Below, one piece after another: positions 39,049 to 48,241 of a DNA stretch of 64,000 nucleotides. The notes below the pieces were generated by a model. It was not told the origin of the DNA, searched no databases, and saw only the letters and a list, made by a program, of their open reading frames with translations. Source of the stretch: Methanobacteriota archaeon (GTDB lineage Archaea; Thermoplasmatota; Poseidoniia; Poseidoniales; Poseidoniaceae); assembly GCA_018650165.1 (NCBI GenBank), contig JABIGM010000035.1:7542-71541 (forward strand). Reading direction: 5' to 3'. Positions within the stretch are counted from its first letter, which is position 1, and every line of letters begins with the position of its first letter. Position numbers and translations under genes: made by a program.

Positions 39049-39393
39049 ATGAAGAATGTGGCACTTGCAGTTCTGTTCTTCAGATTGCGAGATATGTTGG
39101 CAAAATATGAGCCATTTATGCGGGTTGTGAAAGACGAAGAAGGCTATTACCGCTTGTACACACCAACACGTCGCCCTTTCATTGGAATCTGTGTTCAGCG
39201 CAAGCATATTGGAATTTATGTGATGCCAATATTCGAGGATTCTACCCTGATTGGAAAACTGGCGGAGAAACAAATTGGGAAAGGAACATTTGGGTTTAGT
39301 CGTGATGATGACCCGCTACTTCTCGAGGTTCCAGCGTTCATGGAGAGATGTTTTCAACACTGTATTGATAGTAATCAAGTCCCGATGGAATGA
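39049..39393 (+). CDS. Hypothetical protein (possibly DUF1801/YdhG-like)
   Basis: ORF 38971..39393. The ATG at 39049 avoids overlap with the DRG start. Only a weak resemblance (KHIGIYVMPI pattern). Confidence 0.35.
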   Translation: MKNVALAVLFFRLRDMLAKYEPFMRVVKDEEGYYRLYTPTRRPFIGICVQRKHIGIYVMPIFEDSTLIGKLAEKQIGKGTFGFSRDDDPLLLEVPAFMERCFQHCIDSNQVPME

Positions 39394-39419
39394 TGTGCAT
39401 TAGCCCCTAGGGTTGGTAC

Positions 39420-40079
39420 ATGGGAATTGACATGCGGCTCTATCTTACCGATAGGGCGGTGTTGTCCAGCATCCTTGAAATGGATTGGAATAATTTAATT
39501 TTCAAAATGAATGATCAATCTATGCGCCCATTACGTCCGCAAAAAGATTCCAAAATGAATCGTGAATTCGACATAGATTGCGAAGCCGAATTTTTAGATT
39601 TGTCAGAGCAGTTCGAGGGCGAAGGTACAGTGAGAGATGTATTGTCCGCTAATTCAGGATATGAGACTTTGTTAAAATTAGTTGAATGGGCCAGTGTCGG
39701 ATATTGGGAGGCCTGGGAAGGACGGTGTTTTCTTTACTTAGAAAATGGTCTTGACAGACAGATCCCAAATGTTGAAGACATGTATTCGTCGCTTTTGTGG
39801 GATGATTTAAGGTCAGCCCTTGCGGTAGTTGGTGAGACGGAGTTTTCAGAAAAGGTTTGTGCGGATTGGATGCAGCGGAGGAAAGATTTGGGTGAAACCT
39901 TAGATGAAAAGATAGACCCACGAATCATTCCAACATTCGAGGCACATGACAAAAATGCACGCTTACTCCATTATGCAATTAACCAAACTCAGTATGCACA
40001 AATTTTGGGGCGTGACCACCTTGAAGCAAGACAATGGGGGCACGGAGATTGGAATCTCGGGAGCCTTCTTGATTCGTGA
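39420..40079 (+). CDS. Hypothetical protein
   Basis: 219-aa ORF with Trp/acidic-rich composition and no recognised motif. Co-directional with grpE. Confidence 0.45.
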   Translation: MGIDMRLYLTDRAVLSSILEMDWNNLIFKMNDQSMRPLRPQKDSKMNREFDIDCEAEFLDLSEQFEGEGTVRDVLSANSGYETLLKLVEWASVGYWEAWEGRCFLYLENGLDRQIPNVEDMYSSLLWDDLRSALAVVGETEFSEKVCADWMQRRKDLGETLDEKIDPRIIPTFEAHDKNARLLHYAINQTQYAQILGRDHLEARQWGHGDWNLGSLLDS

Positions 40080-40104
40080 GATTGAAAAATAAGGGCAGGG
40101 TGGC

Positions 40105-40617
40105 ATGTGCATGGACGAAGACAGTGATGTAGTTGAGGAAGCACTTGCCGAAGAGCCTGTGGCTGAGCCAGAGATCGAAGAAGTCGACCCCTTGGTAGAG
40201 GCTTTATCTCGTGCAGAATCTGCGGAAAAAGAAATTTCATATCGCGATGCAGAAATCCAAAATGTACGAAAGAGACTCATGGCTGAAAAGGCAATAGCAA
40301 TCCAATTTGGCGGGATGGGTATGGCGCGAAAGATGCTCACCGTCCTAGGCGACATCGACCGCGCCCTTTCGGTAAAAGAAGATGAAGGTCTCGCCTTAAT
40401 TCGCTCAAAAATGTGGTCTGAATTATCTGGTGATGGTGTTTCAAAAATCATGACGGCAGGTGAGAAATTTGACCCAACAAAAATGGAAGCAATTACAACT
40501 CTACCTCCCTCGGAAGAGTACCCCTCAAATTCGATAATTGATGAACTAGAAACCGGTTATCTCTACAAGGATAGGGTCCTAGTTCCTGCACGTGTAGTAG
40601 TGGCTTCTGACCAGTGA
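40105..40617 (+). CDS. grpE: Nucleotide exchange factor GrpE
   Basis: Acidic N-terminus, a long helix with YRDAEIQNVRKR, and a C-terminal beta domain (FDPTKMEAI...GYLYKDRVLVPARVVV). Confidence 0.8.
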   Translation: MCMDEDSDVVEEALAEEPVAEPEIEEVDPLVEALSRAESAEKEISYRDAEIQNVRKRLMAEKAIAIQFGGMGMARKMLTVLGDIDRALSVKEDEGLALIRSKMWSELSGDGVSKIMTAGEKFDPTKMEAITTLPPSEEYPSNSIIDELETGYLYKDRVLVPARVVVASDQ

Positions 40618-40621
40618 ATGG

Positions 40622-41719
40622 TTATCTAATCGAGTTTAGATTGACTACTCCAACCTCTAATCTTTCATGGGTTGGATGTACTTCTACCATCATGACTGGA
40701 ACAGAAAGGTGCTGAGCGATTTCTTCGGCAGCAGAAAGTGGGATTTCGATTCGGTGCGATGGTGCATCATACCTAATCCACCCATCATGAAGACCAAGTG
40801 TATCTGCAAGTTCTCTAACATCATCTGTTGCATCTTCCAAGGAGCAAGGGATTGCTCCAAAGATAATTGTGTCATCATCTGAGAACATTTCATATGGGCG
40901 TAGTGTAGCTTCCCCTCTTCGCTTAAATCGGTTCCTCAATTGGCCAGAATCTTTGTAGGATGAAGTGCAGAACTTCACATGGAAATCCATCCCTTCTGAT
41001 GCTTCTTTAAGTTCGATAGCAAGGGCTGCTGAACCCTCCGCAGCAGCAGTAATGCCCCCTGCCAGATTGAATCCACGTACATCCATATTCTGTTGATTAC
41101 CAATGGTGATTTCTAATTCATTTAGATTCAGGAACTCTACTGGGGAATCATTCAATTGCAACAACAATGCATGGAGTTTCTCACTTTTATCAGGTTCAGC
41201 TGGCAACTCAATACCAACACAAATCCCTGCAGCAGCAGCAGCGTTTACAGAATCTCTGTATCGGTCCAGGGTTAAATCCAGCAAATGGAATCTTAGTTCG
41301 TCAAGACCTGCCTCGCCGAGTTCCTTAGCTTGCTCTGGCTTGATAGGAATCGATGTATAGCAATGTATGTGGTGTTCTGTGCCAAACGCTGCTTTCAGAG
41401 TTTTCACTGCATCTACTGTCTTGTCAAAATCCAGCATAGGGTCTCCTCCTGTGATTCCAGTGCCGGTGGCACGCATCGCCTTCCCCTCTTCAATAACTTC
41501 TGCAAAATTTGAGCATCGGCGTTCATTAGCAAACATATCGGGGGACTCTCTTCGGTTGTCAGAAAGTGGGCAATAATCACATCCCCAATGGCATTTACCG
41601 GTGACAAATAGAACCAACTTACTTCCTTGTTGACACTGGATGCAGCCTTCGGTTTCACCCGCTTCGGGTGGAACGATTTCGCTAGCCATCTGCAAGTGCA
41701 CGATTAATCGGTTTGGCAT
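40622..41719 (-). CDS. Radical SAM protein (PflA-related, COG2108-like)
   Basis: GKCHWGCDYCPLS is a CxxxCxxC cluster motif. It is followed by ANE...ITGGDPML, a SAM-binding GGE-like motif. Confidence 0.75.
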   Translation of the reverse strand: MPNRLIVHLQMASEIVPPEAGETEGCIQCQQGSKLVLFVTGKCHWGCDYCPLSDNRRESPDMFANERRCSNFAEVIEEGKAMRATGTGITGGDPMLDFDKTVDAVKTLKAAFGTEHHIHCYTSIPIKPEQAKELGEAGLDELRFHLLDLTLDRYRDSVNAAAAAGICVGIELPAEPDKSEKLHALLLQLNDSPVEFLNLNELEITIGNQQNMDVRGFNLAGGITAAAEGSAALAIELKEASEGMDFHVKFCTSSYKDSGQLRNRFKRRGEATLRPYEMFSDDDTIIFGAIPCSLEDATDDVRELADTLGLHDGWIRYDAPSHRIEIPLSAAEEIAQHLSVPVMMVEVHPTHERLEVGVVNLNSIR

Positions 41720-41754
41720 CTATGGTTTGAACTCACTGGTAGTGCGAAGCCAAT

Positions 41755-42315
41755 TTAGAGCATTGCTTCATTTAGTAACCATCTGTGAAAGCACAAGTTG
41801 TCTGTAAGTTCTGGATGAAAAGTTAGTGCCATACACTTGCCTTCGAGGATACCAACCACCTCATCATCTAACCAAGCAATGGCATGGGGGCTACCCTTTG
41901 AAAATCGAGGCGCACGAATGAATACGCCGGGGAATATTTTCTCTTCATCGATATCGATTTGAATTTGGGACTGAAAACTTTCTCGCTGCCGGCCAAACCC
42001 ATTTCGTTCAATTGGTGCAGTTACCAATCCTTGCTGTGAGAGTAAGATTGCGCCTGCACAAGTTCCCAATACAGGAATCTCTGAATCTTCGATTTCTTTC
42101 CAAAGGCCGGAATATAGATCTTCAGAACGGCTTGCGATTTTCATTGCGGTCGACTCTCCTCCCGGGAGAATTAGTCCATCAAGACCGGTAGTGTCAGTTG
42201 ATTTTCTCAATTCGCGAATTTCAATTTCAACTTCTAGAAGTGCTGCTGCCCGCTGAAGCGCATGTATGTGCTCACGCCGAGCACCTTGTAACATGGCTAA
42301 GCCAATAGTCAGCAT
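41755..42315 (-). CDS. pdxT: Pyridoxal 5'-phosphate synthase glutaminase subunit PdxT
   Basis: ORF 41755..42351. ATG at 42315 gives MLTIGLAMLQGARREH. LILPGGESTAM, GTCAG (nucleophile Cys) and FHPEL motifs. Confidence 0.85.
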   Translation of the reverse strand: MLTIGLAMLQGARREHIHALQRAAALLEVEIEIRELRKSTDTTGLDGLILPGGESTAMKIASRSEDLYSGLWKEIEDSEIPVLGTCAGAILLSQQGLVTAPIERNGFGRQRESFQSQIQIDIDEEKIFPGVFIRAPRFSKGSPHAIAWLDDEVVGILEGKCMALTFHPELTDNLCFHRWLLNEAML

Positions 42316-42394
42316 GTTGGATGCTGTGGGTCCTCTCTTTTTCAGGGCCACGGTTAGAGGTCAATTATTGAACCGAGCGCGCATCGGCTCGTTT

Positions 42395-43579
42395 ATGGGT
42401 CACAGTGGTGATTGTTTCCTCGTGCCGGGGACAGTTCGTATGAATCAGGCGTGCTTAGAAGCGATGGCCGGCCCTACCATTACAGCAAGGGGTGGCGAAT
42501 TCCGAGAGGTCATGGCCCGTCTAAACAGTGGGCTGCGCTATACATTCAACCTGTCTCCATCTTCGGATTTAAAGAAAAACCAATCATGGTCAGGGGATGA
42601 TGATTACAAAGTCATAGTAGTTTCAGGTTCAGGAACAGCCGCCATGGAAATGGTCATGGCCAATCGATTTCGTCGTAACGATAGAGTTCTAGTTCCTACC
42701 AATGGTAAATTTGGAGAGCGTGTTGCTGAAATGGGTTCGCGCTTTTGTATTGTTAAGCACTTGAAATATGAGTGGGGTCGTTCTTTCGATCTGGGTGAGG
42801 TTGAGGAACAATTGGCTAGAGGTAACTGGGAGGCAGTTGCTATTTGTCATAACGAAACTTCGACAGGAATCACCCAAGATGCAGTTGAAATCGCAGAAAT
42901 GTGCAAAAAGTATGGTGTCGCACTGATTATTGATGGAATCACAAGTGTTGGTGGATTACCTGTTTATCCTGAAGAATGGGGTGCAGAAGCAGTAGTCGTT
43001 GGGGCTCAAAAATGTACAGCCGGTCCAAGCGGCATCGCAGCAATTGCAGTGAGTTCCCATTTCATCGACCGATGTACTGCAATTAGAAACCAAGGAGATT
43101 CAAACCCTACTTACTATCTTGATATTCTTGCAGCATTGAAAAAAGGTGATGATGACCAAACACCTTGGACTCCTGCGATCAATCTAGCGATGGGTTGGGC
43201 TGTCGCACTTGAGACTCTCAAAAGTGAAGGGCTTGAACAGCGATGGAATCGATGTTTGCACATGGCGAAGGGTGTCAGGACATTGTTTGGTGACCTCGGC
43301 TTTGAATTGCTTGCAGATGAATATGCACGCTCAGCTACTGTGACAGCAATCATGTATCCGGATGGCGTTGATGATTCTTGGCGTACACTATTACGTGAGA
43401 AATATGAAACTCAAGTTATTGGTGCTCAAGACCATCTTAAGGGCAAAATGTTCCGTGTTGGTAGCATGGGCGAAACACCTCTTTCAGAAATGGTTGAGGG
43501 TTGTAAAAGAATGCTAGAATGTTTTCGAGAATGTGGCCATGATTTACCAGAGACAGATGTGGAATCATATTTCCAGTGA
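42395..43579 (+). CDS. Class V aminotransferase (serine-glyoxylate/alanine-glyoxylate or archaeal phosphoserine aminotransferase type)
   Basis: ORF 42266..43579. The ATG at 42395 avoids overlap with pdxT. VSGSGTAAME, IIDGITSVGG, and GAQKCTAGPSG with the PLP Lys. Confidence 0.8.
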   Translation: MGHSGDCFLVPGTVRMNQACLEAMAGPTITARGGEFREVMARLNSGLRYTFNLSPSSDLKKNQSWSGDDDYKVIVVSGSGTAAMEMVMANRFRRNDRVLVPTNGKFGERVAEMGSRFCIVKHLKYEWGRSFDLGEVEEQLARGNWEAVAICHNETSTGITQDAVEIAEMCKKYGVALIIDGITSVGGLPVYPEEWGAEAVVVGAQKCTAGPSGIAAIAVSSHFIDRCTAIRNQGDSNPTYYLDILAALKKGDDDQTPWTPAINLAMGWAVALETLKSEGLEQRWNRCLHMAKGVRTLFGDLGFELLADEYARSATVTAIMYPDGVDDSWRTLLREKYETQVIGAQDHLKGKMFRVGSMGETPLSEMVEGCKRMLECFRECGHDLPETDVESYFQ

Positions 43580-44115
43580 TTACAATGAATATTGTGCTTG
43601 GTCGTTTTCAACCATTCCATAAAGGGCATGCCTATTTGGTAAATGCCGCTTTGGAACTTGGACCAACAATTATTGCAATAGGTTCCAGTGAAGCGGAACT
43701 TAGTTTGGATAACCCATGGACTGCCTCCGAAAGAGAAGCAATGATACAGGCTTGGTTAGGTGAAAGGGATGCAAAAATCGTGCAAATACCTGATATTAAC
43801 GATCCACCAAATTGGGTTGCACACGCAACCGAATACCATGGTAAAGGGACACTGGTCACCAGTGATGTTTCTACAAGGGAACTTTATGAAAAATCGGGAT
43901 TCAAAATCGAGTGGGTTGACCTATCCCACCGAGAATCATTCGAAGGATGGAGGGTCCGTGTGACTTTGAAAATGCTTTCAACAGTGTATGAGGTAGATGC
44001 GCAAAAAGAAGTAATGTCTGCATCTATCCCGCTAGATGTTGTGAATTGGTTGACTGATAATGACGCACTCCACCGACTTTATTCGATGTCTCAGGGCTTG
44101 GAACATGCGGGATAA
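43576..44115 (+). CDS. nadM: Nicotinamide-nucleotide adenylyltransferase (archaeal NadM type)
   Basis: VLGRFQPFHKGHAYL signature. GTG at 43576 overlaps the upstream stop; an alternative ATG is at 43585. Confidence 0.85.
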   Translation: MITMNIVLGRFQPFHKGHAYLVNAALELGPTIIAIGSSEAELSLDNPWTASEREAMIQAWLGERDAKIVQIPDINDPPNWVAHATEYHGKGTLVTSDVSTRELYEKSGFKIEWVDLSHRESFEGWRVRVTLKMLSTVYEVDAQKEVMSASIPLDVVNWLTDNDALHRLYSMSQGLEHAG

Positions 44116-44156
44116 CGCATGTCAAGACTTATCACTACGGTAGTGCACGTGAGGAT

Positions 44157-44384
44157 GTGAACCTCCTGAAAAAGTTTGGAATCATGGCCGCCGGTCTTGG
44201 TATCAGTGGTGCCATTGGCGCCATTTCAGGGATTCTCCTTCTTTATGTTCTAATCGATGCAGCAATTGCCGGGGCTGATAATCCTGTTTGGCTTTACCTT
44301 GCAGGTGCAGTCGGGGTAATTGTCGGAGGAATTTGTTTCAAAATTGTCCTCTGGGCCGGTAAAAGTAGTAAGTCAATACGGTAG
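44157..44384 (+). CDS. Small hypothetical membrane protein (75 aa, two TM helices)
   Basis: GTG-initiated ORF with a Gly/Ala-rich hydrophobic sequence. Confidence 0.35.
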   Translation: MNLLKKFGIMAAGLGISGAIGAISGILLLYVLIDAAIAGADNPVWLYLAGAVGVIVGGICFKIVLWAGKSSKSIR

Positions 44385-44450
44385 TTTAGAGAATTCTCAA
44401 TGAGTGTTTGACACGAGACTTTCATAAATTGCCGGAACTACCATTGCCGC

Positions 44451-46160
44451 ATGGGTCTCAAAGAGCGTTTTGGAATTGACCTAGCAGTTTTCAAAGAGGG
44501 AACTACTTGGAAGGCATTTTTGATAGGCCTTGTAATGTTCTCGGCCATTGGATATGCTGGTCTTTCAATGTTTGATCTAGCCTCTTCAGGTTATGGGGTT
44601 GACAGAGACAATATTCGCTTAGCACCTGATTTCGAAGTCGAAACTGTAAATCGTTCAGTGGAAGAAGTCGGCTATGTTGATGAAGAGGGCTGGTTTAAGC
44701 TGTCAGACCATCGTGGCAAAGTAGTCGTTGTTGATTTCATGGCTGTCGATTGTGCTAATTGTCATCTTGTTCAGGAACACCTCGAAACTCAAATTGATGA
44801 TTGGAGGGCTCATGACGGGGACTATGAAATAATAATTATTTCAGTTGGAATGTGGTATTCGTTGGAAGACCTAGATATGTTGAACGAAACATTTGGTGAT
44901 TCAGAATCTAGTTCTCATATGCCTTGGATTGTAGCCACTGGCCAAGATGATTCTGTTTTGAAAAACGAAGTAATCAGTTCCGGTATAGGTAATTCTTCAC
45001 TATCTCTTAACGACGGTGCGTATTGCTTAGACGCATGGGTTAATAATTCTGGAAGGGCAAAATCTTGTATTGATATTGGAAACAACAAGTACAGTCAAGA
45101 TAATGATGGTTTGACTAGTAATGTGGCTGGTATTGATATTCAATTTGAGGAGAATTCATCTCTCAATTTTACTATTGAAACCTCGCTGGAAGGAAATGTC
45201 AGTTGGGAATTAATTGAGTATTCACGTGGCGACATGGTAGAGGAATATCAAGCACAAGCGATTCCTGTCGTTTTGGTAATTGACCATGAAGGGTTCATTG
45301 TTGCAAAAGAGAATTCGGGAACACCGACTGGAGGTTGGGGCGATTTTGATGAAACCGTAGTTGCAGCAGCAGATGGTGAGACTGAAAATTTAAGATTCTC
45401 ATTGGCAAAAGTAGACCGCTCACCAGGGGCAATATTTTCAATGGGACTATTGCTTGGAGTATTGGTCTACTTTTCCCCTTGTGCATTCCCGATATTACCG
45501 GGGTACATCTCTTACTACATCGGGCTTGGCCAGCGTGAAGATGAATTAATCGAGGCTGGTAAACTGGAAAGTAAAATGCCTGCGCACTGGATTTTAGGTG
45601 GATTGGCAGCGATGGGGCAGTTGACATTCTTTGCAATAATCGGCATCGTAGTATTTGGTCTTGGTAGTGTGATAAACCTCTCGGGAGTATTGCATTACTT
45701 CGCTCTGGCCGTTGCAATTCTGTTAATTGTTCTTGGAGCATTCATGCTGACAGGAGGAACTGCCCATCTACTCGGCTTCGTTCAGAAATTGGTTGACAAG
45801 TATTCGACGACGGAAATGGATGACCGTTTTACCCCTAAGAGAAACATGTACCTCTGGGGCATTGGTTATTCTGCCGCTTCAATAGATTGCACTGCTGCGG
45901 CAGTTATTCCTTTCATTGCTTATCTCGCAGTAATCGGAGGTGTAGCAACATGGACTGGACTTGGTGGCCTGATGCTATCTGTGAGTCTGTTAATGATCAC
46001 AGTTACTACAGTTGTTGGATTGGGTCAGCAACAATTCATTACAATATTGAGGCGTTCAACAGGTCTCATCAAGGCCATAGGTGCATGGATGATGATGATG
46101 GCAGGAATCGCTCTGACATTCTACTTGACTCAACCTGAATTGATTGCAAGTTGGTTGTGA
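44451..46160 (+). CDS. Fusion protein: TM anchor + TlpA/ResA-like thioredoxin domain (CANC) + CcdA/DsbD-type membrane electron-transfer domain
   Basis: GKVVVVDFMAVDCANCH is a CxxC redoxin motif. The C-terminal 6-TM domain carries FSPCAFPILPGY and a second Cys in AASIDCTAAAVIPF. Confidence 0.7.
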   Translation: MGLKERFGIDLAVFKEGTTWKAFLIGLVMFSAIGYAGLSMFDLASSGYGVDRDNIRLAPDFEVETVNRSVEEVGYVDEEGWFKLSDHRGKVVVVDFMAVDCANCHLVQEHLETQIDDWRAHDGDYEIIIISVGMWYSLEDLDMLNETFGDSESSSHMPWIVATGQDDSVLKNEVISSGIGNSSLSLNDGAYCLDAWVNNSGRAKSCIDIGNNKYSQDNDGLTSNVAGIDIQFEENSSLNFTIETSLEGNVSWELIEYSRGDMVEEYQAQAIPVVLVIDHEGFIVAKENSGTPTGGWGDFDETVVAAADGETENLRFSLAKVDRSPGAIFSMGLLLGVLVYFSPCAFPILPGYISYYIGLGQREDELIEAGKLESKMPAHWILGGLAAMGQLTFFAIIGIVVFGLGSVINLSGVLHYFALAVAILLIVLGAFMLTGGTAHLLGFVQKLVDKYSTTEMDDRFTPKRNMYLWGIGYSAASIDCTAAAVIPFIAYLAVIGGVATWTGLGGLMLSVSLLMITVTTVVGLGQQQFITILRRSTGLIKAIGAWMMMMAGIALTFYLTQPELIASWL

Positions 46161-46283
46161 AGTTCTTACTTGGACTACAATCCATTTCAATACCCACCTT
46201 CTCCATGAATTAATTGTTCAGTATGAAGACGGTCAAAATATTATAAATATCGTTCAATCTATTTCTATCATTTACAGTAGTGG

Positions 46284-47009
46284 CTAATCGCCAGAGAATG
46301 CTTCTTTCCATTCTTCGGTATGAGATTCTTTCATAGCAGGTAAGCACATCCAGTACCAGCAGAATAAACCAGTAATTATTCCAGTGGCTAAATCAAAAAA
46401 GAAATGCTGTTTTGTTGTCATCACAGAGATACAAAGTGCAACCCATGCCATCCAAGTAAGAACTTCTTTCCAACCAAATATAATTCTCCAATGCCTCAGT
46501 AGCATTACTATCATCAGCGATTGAACAACATGAAGGCTAGGCCAAGCATTGTATGGCATATCGGTGTTATGCATGATGTCTCCAAACCAGAACCCCCAGA
46601 AACCTTCCCCTGCCCTTACATCTGATGGGATTTGGTCACGAATGTATACCTCTGTAGGAAATATTATGAAAATCAAATTGACAAACCAAGTCATGACAAA
46701 TAGGGCCTGATAGAATGCGAACATTTCTCTAATTCGCTCATCACTACTTCTGCCAAACCACGCAGCAGCAGGATAGTACAGATACAGCGTCAGATAAATT
46801 ATGAATGTCCAACCAATAAATGGAACCCAAGAATCAATCGGAAGTATGGGGTCGATTACAGATCTGTCAAAGAGACCCATGATTTGGTTGATTATAGAAT
46901 AAGGCAATGCCATCGCAGCAAATAGCGTTACAATGGTGTACCAAAAAATCCTCTTGTTACCTCTCTCACGCCAGTGGGGTTGCCAAAACCTCCACGGGTG
47001 CTTGAACAT
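46284..47009 (-). CDS. PAP2_C/Aur1-type membrane phosphotransferase-like protein
   Basis: ORF 46284..47102. ATG at 47009 (MFKHPWRFW) is preferred. WPSLHVVQSL and KQHFFFDLATG (HxxxD) motifs; about 6 TM helices. Confidence 0.55.
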   Translation of the reverse strand: MFKHPWRFWQPHWRERGNKRIFWYTIVTLFAAMALPYSIINQIMGLFDRSVIDPILPIDSWVPFIGWTFIIYLTLYLYYPAAAWFGRSSDERIREMFAFYQALFVMTWFVNLIFIIFPTEVYIRDQIPSDVRAGEGFWGFWFGDIMHNTDMPYNAWPSLHVVQSLMIVMLLRHWRIIFGWKEVLTWMAWVALCISVMTTKQHFFFDLATGIITGLFCWYWMCLPAMKESHTEEWKEAFSGD

Positions 47010-47034
47010 GGCATTGCGGTATACTTCTATCTTT

Positions 47035-48237
47035 TCAGGCAATCGGCGAACCACAACTTGGGCAAGCGTTCCAACCAGGTGAAAGACTGGTCCCACACGC
47101 ACATGTTTGTTGCGCCATATTTGGATTAGGTGCTCCCGAACTATCTACTGCTTTCTGTGCAGTTTGTTGTTTCAGAAATTCTTGCATTACTTCAGGAGTT
47201 AGTGCACCATTATTTGCAGCCATCTCCATCATTTTAGTCTGTAAATCATTTTGCTGTTCCATCCTCTGATTTTGAAAGTTCTGTTGACTAGCGATTCGTT
47301 CTGCCTTACGGTCCTGAACACCTGCAAACATATCCATTGCACGCTTTGTTTTCGCATCAGCTTCCTCATTCCGCATTTCCATTTTTCCACGCTCATGCGT
47401 GCGCTCAGCATTCCAACGTGCCTCTTGTGCTCGAAGTTCTTTAAGTTCAGTTTCTAATTCGATAGTAACCTTTCCTTGAGCACGCGCCCTTGCAACGTTT
47501 GTTTCCATCTCAATCCTTGCTAAAGTCAAAGTTTCTGTTTGAGAATAGTGTGCTAGTTGAGCCTCGACATTTGCTTGTGTTCCTGCAGTCTTTGCCTGAA
47601 CGGATGCACGATGCTTCATCACGAGTTCCATATCTGTTGGATTAGTGATTGGGAATGCTTTCAGAAGAGTAAACCCAAGATTTGAGAGCAGATTTCGCAT
47701 TCCTGATTCAGCAGTCATTTCAAACCGGTCAAGGAATGAACCTGCCCTAAGGTCTGCGGCTGTAGCACAAGATGCTAGGCAAGGCGTTACAACCCTTGCA
47801 TTGACTTCTGAAGCAATAATTGAAATGAGTCCATCTCGATTTAGAACCGGAGAATTATTTGCAAAATAGTTCAATAGTTTTGGAACATCCTCAAGATTCA
47901 TTCGCATACGAAGATTAGCAAATCCCTTTACTGCTTCACCATCGGCAAGTTGCCCTTCGAATGGGATCCAATAATCCATGGGGCCAGTCATTGCAAAAAG
48001 TAAACGGCGGTCACTTGCAGTCACTCCCATCTTGTCGCCAATCCATCGGCTAAAACCTCCAGCCATATTTTTGAGTAAAGTTTCGGTTAGAATGTCTCCA
48101 ATGCGACCATCAACAATCATAGCACAAGCTTCGTTTGGCTTTAGTAGAACTTGCTGAGTAGAAACAGTCTGAATTTCATTGGCATTTATCAAACGTGCTA
48201 TTGTATCGGGGCTATCTCTCCACCTATAATCACTCAT
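47035..48237 (-). CDS. SPFH/band-7-like protein with long coiled coil and C-terminal zinc ribbon (COG4260/YdjI-like)
   Basis: N-terminal SPFH-like beta region (VLLKPNEACAMIVDGRIGDIL), a helical region of about 150 aa, and a terminal CACG...CPSCG zinc ribbon. Confidence 0.6.
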   Translation of the reverse strand: MSDYRWRDSPDTIARLINANEIQTVSTQQVLLKPNEACAMIVDGRIGDILTETLLKNMAGGFSRWIGDKMGVTASDRRLLFAMTGPMDYWIPFEGQLADGEAVKGFANLRMRMNLEDVPKLLNYFANNSPVLNRDGLISIIASEVNARVVTPCLASCATAADLRAGSFLDRFEMTAESGMRNLLSNLGFTLLKAFPITNPTDMELVMKHRASVQAKTAGTQANVEAQLAHYSQTETLTLARIEMETNVARARAQGKVTIELETELKELRAQEARWNAERTHERGKMEMRNEEADAKTKRAMDMFAGVQDRKAERIASQQNFQNQRMEQQNDLQTKMMEMAANNGALTPEVMQEFLKQQTAQKAVDSSGAPNPNMAQQTCACGTSLSPGWNACPSCGSPIA

Positions 48238-48241
48238 AATA

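Noticed and set aside
39963-40451. 162-aa ORF (and the nested 83-aa ORF) antisense to grpE and the 3' end of the upstream gene
   Set aside because: The translation is Ser-rich and low-complexity. The grpE frame on the + strand has clear family motifs.
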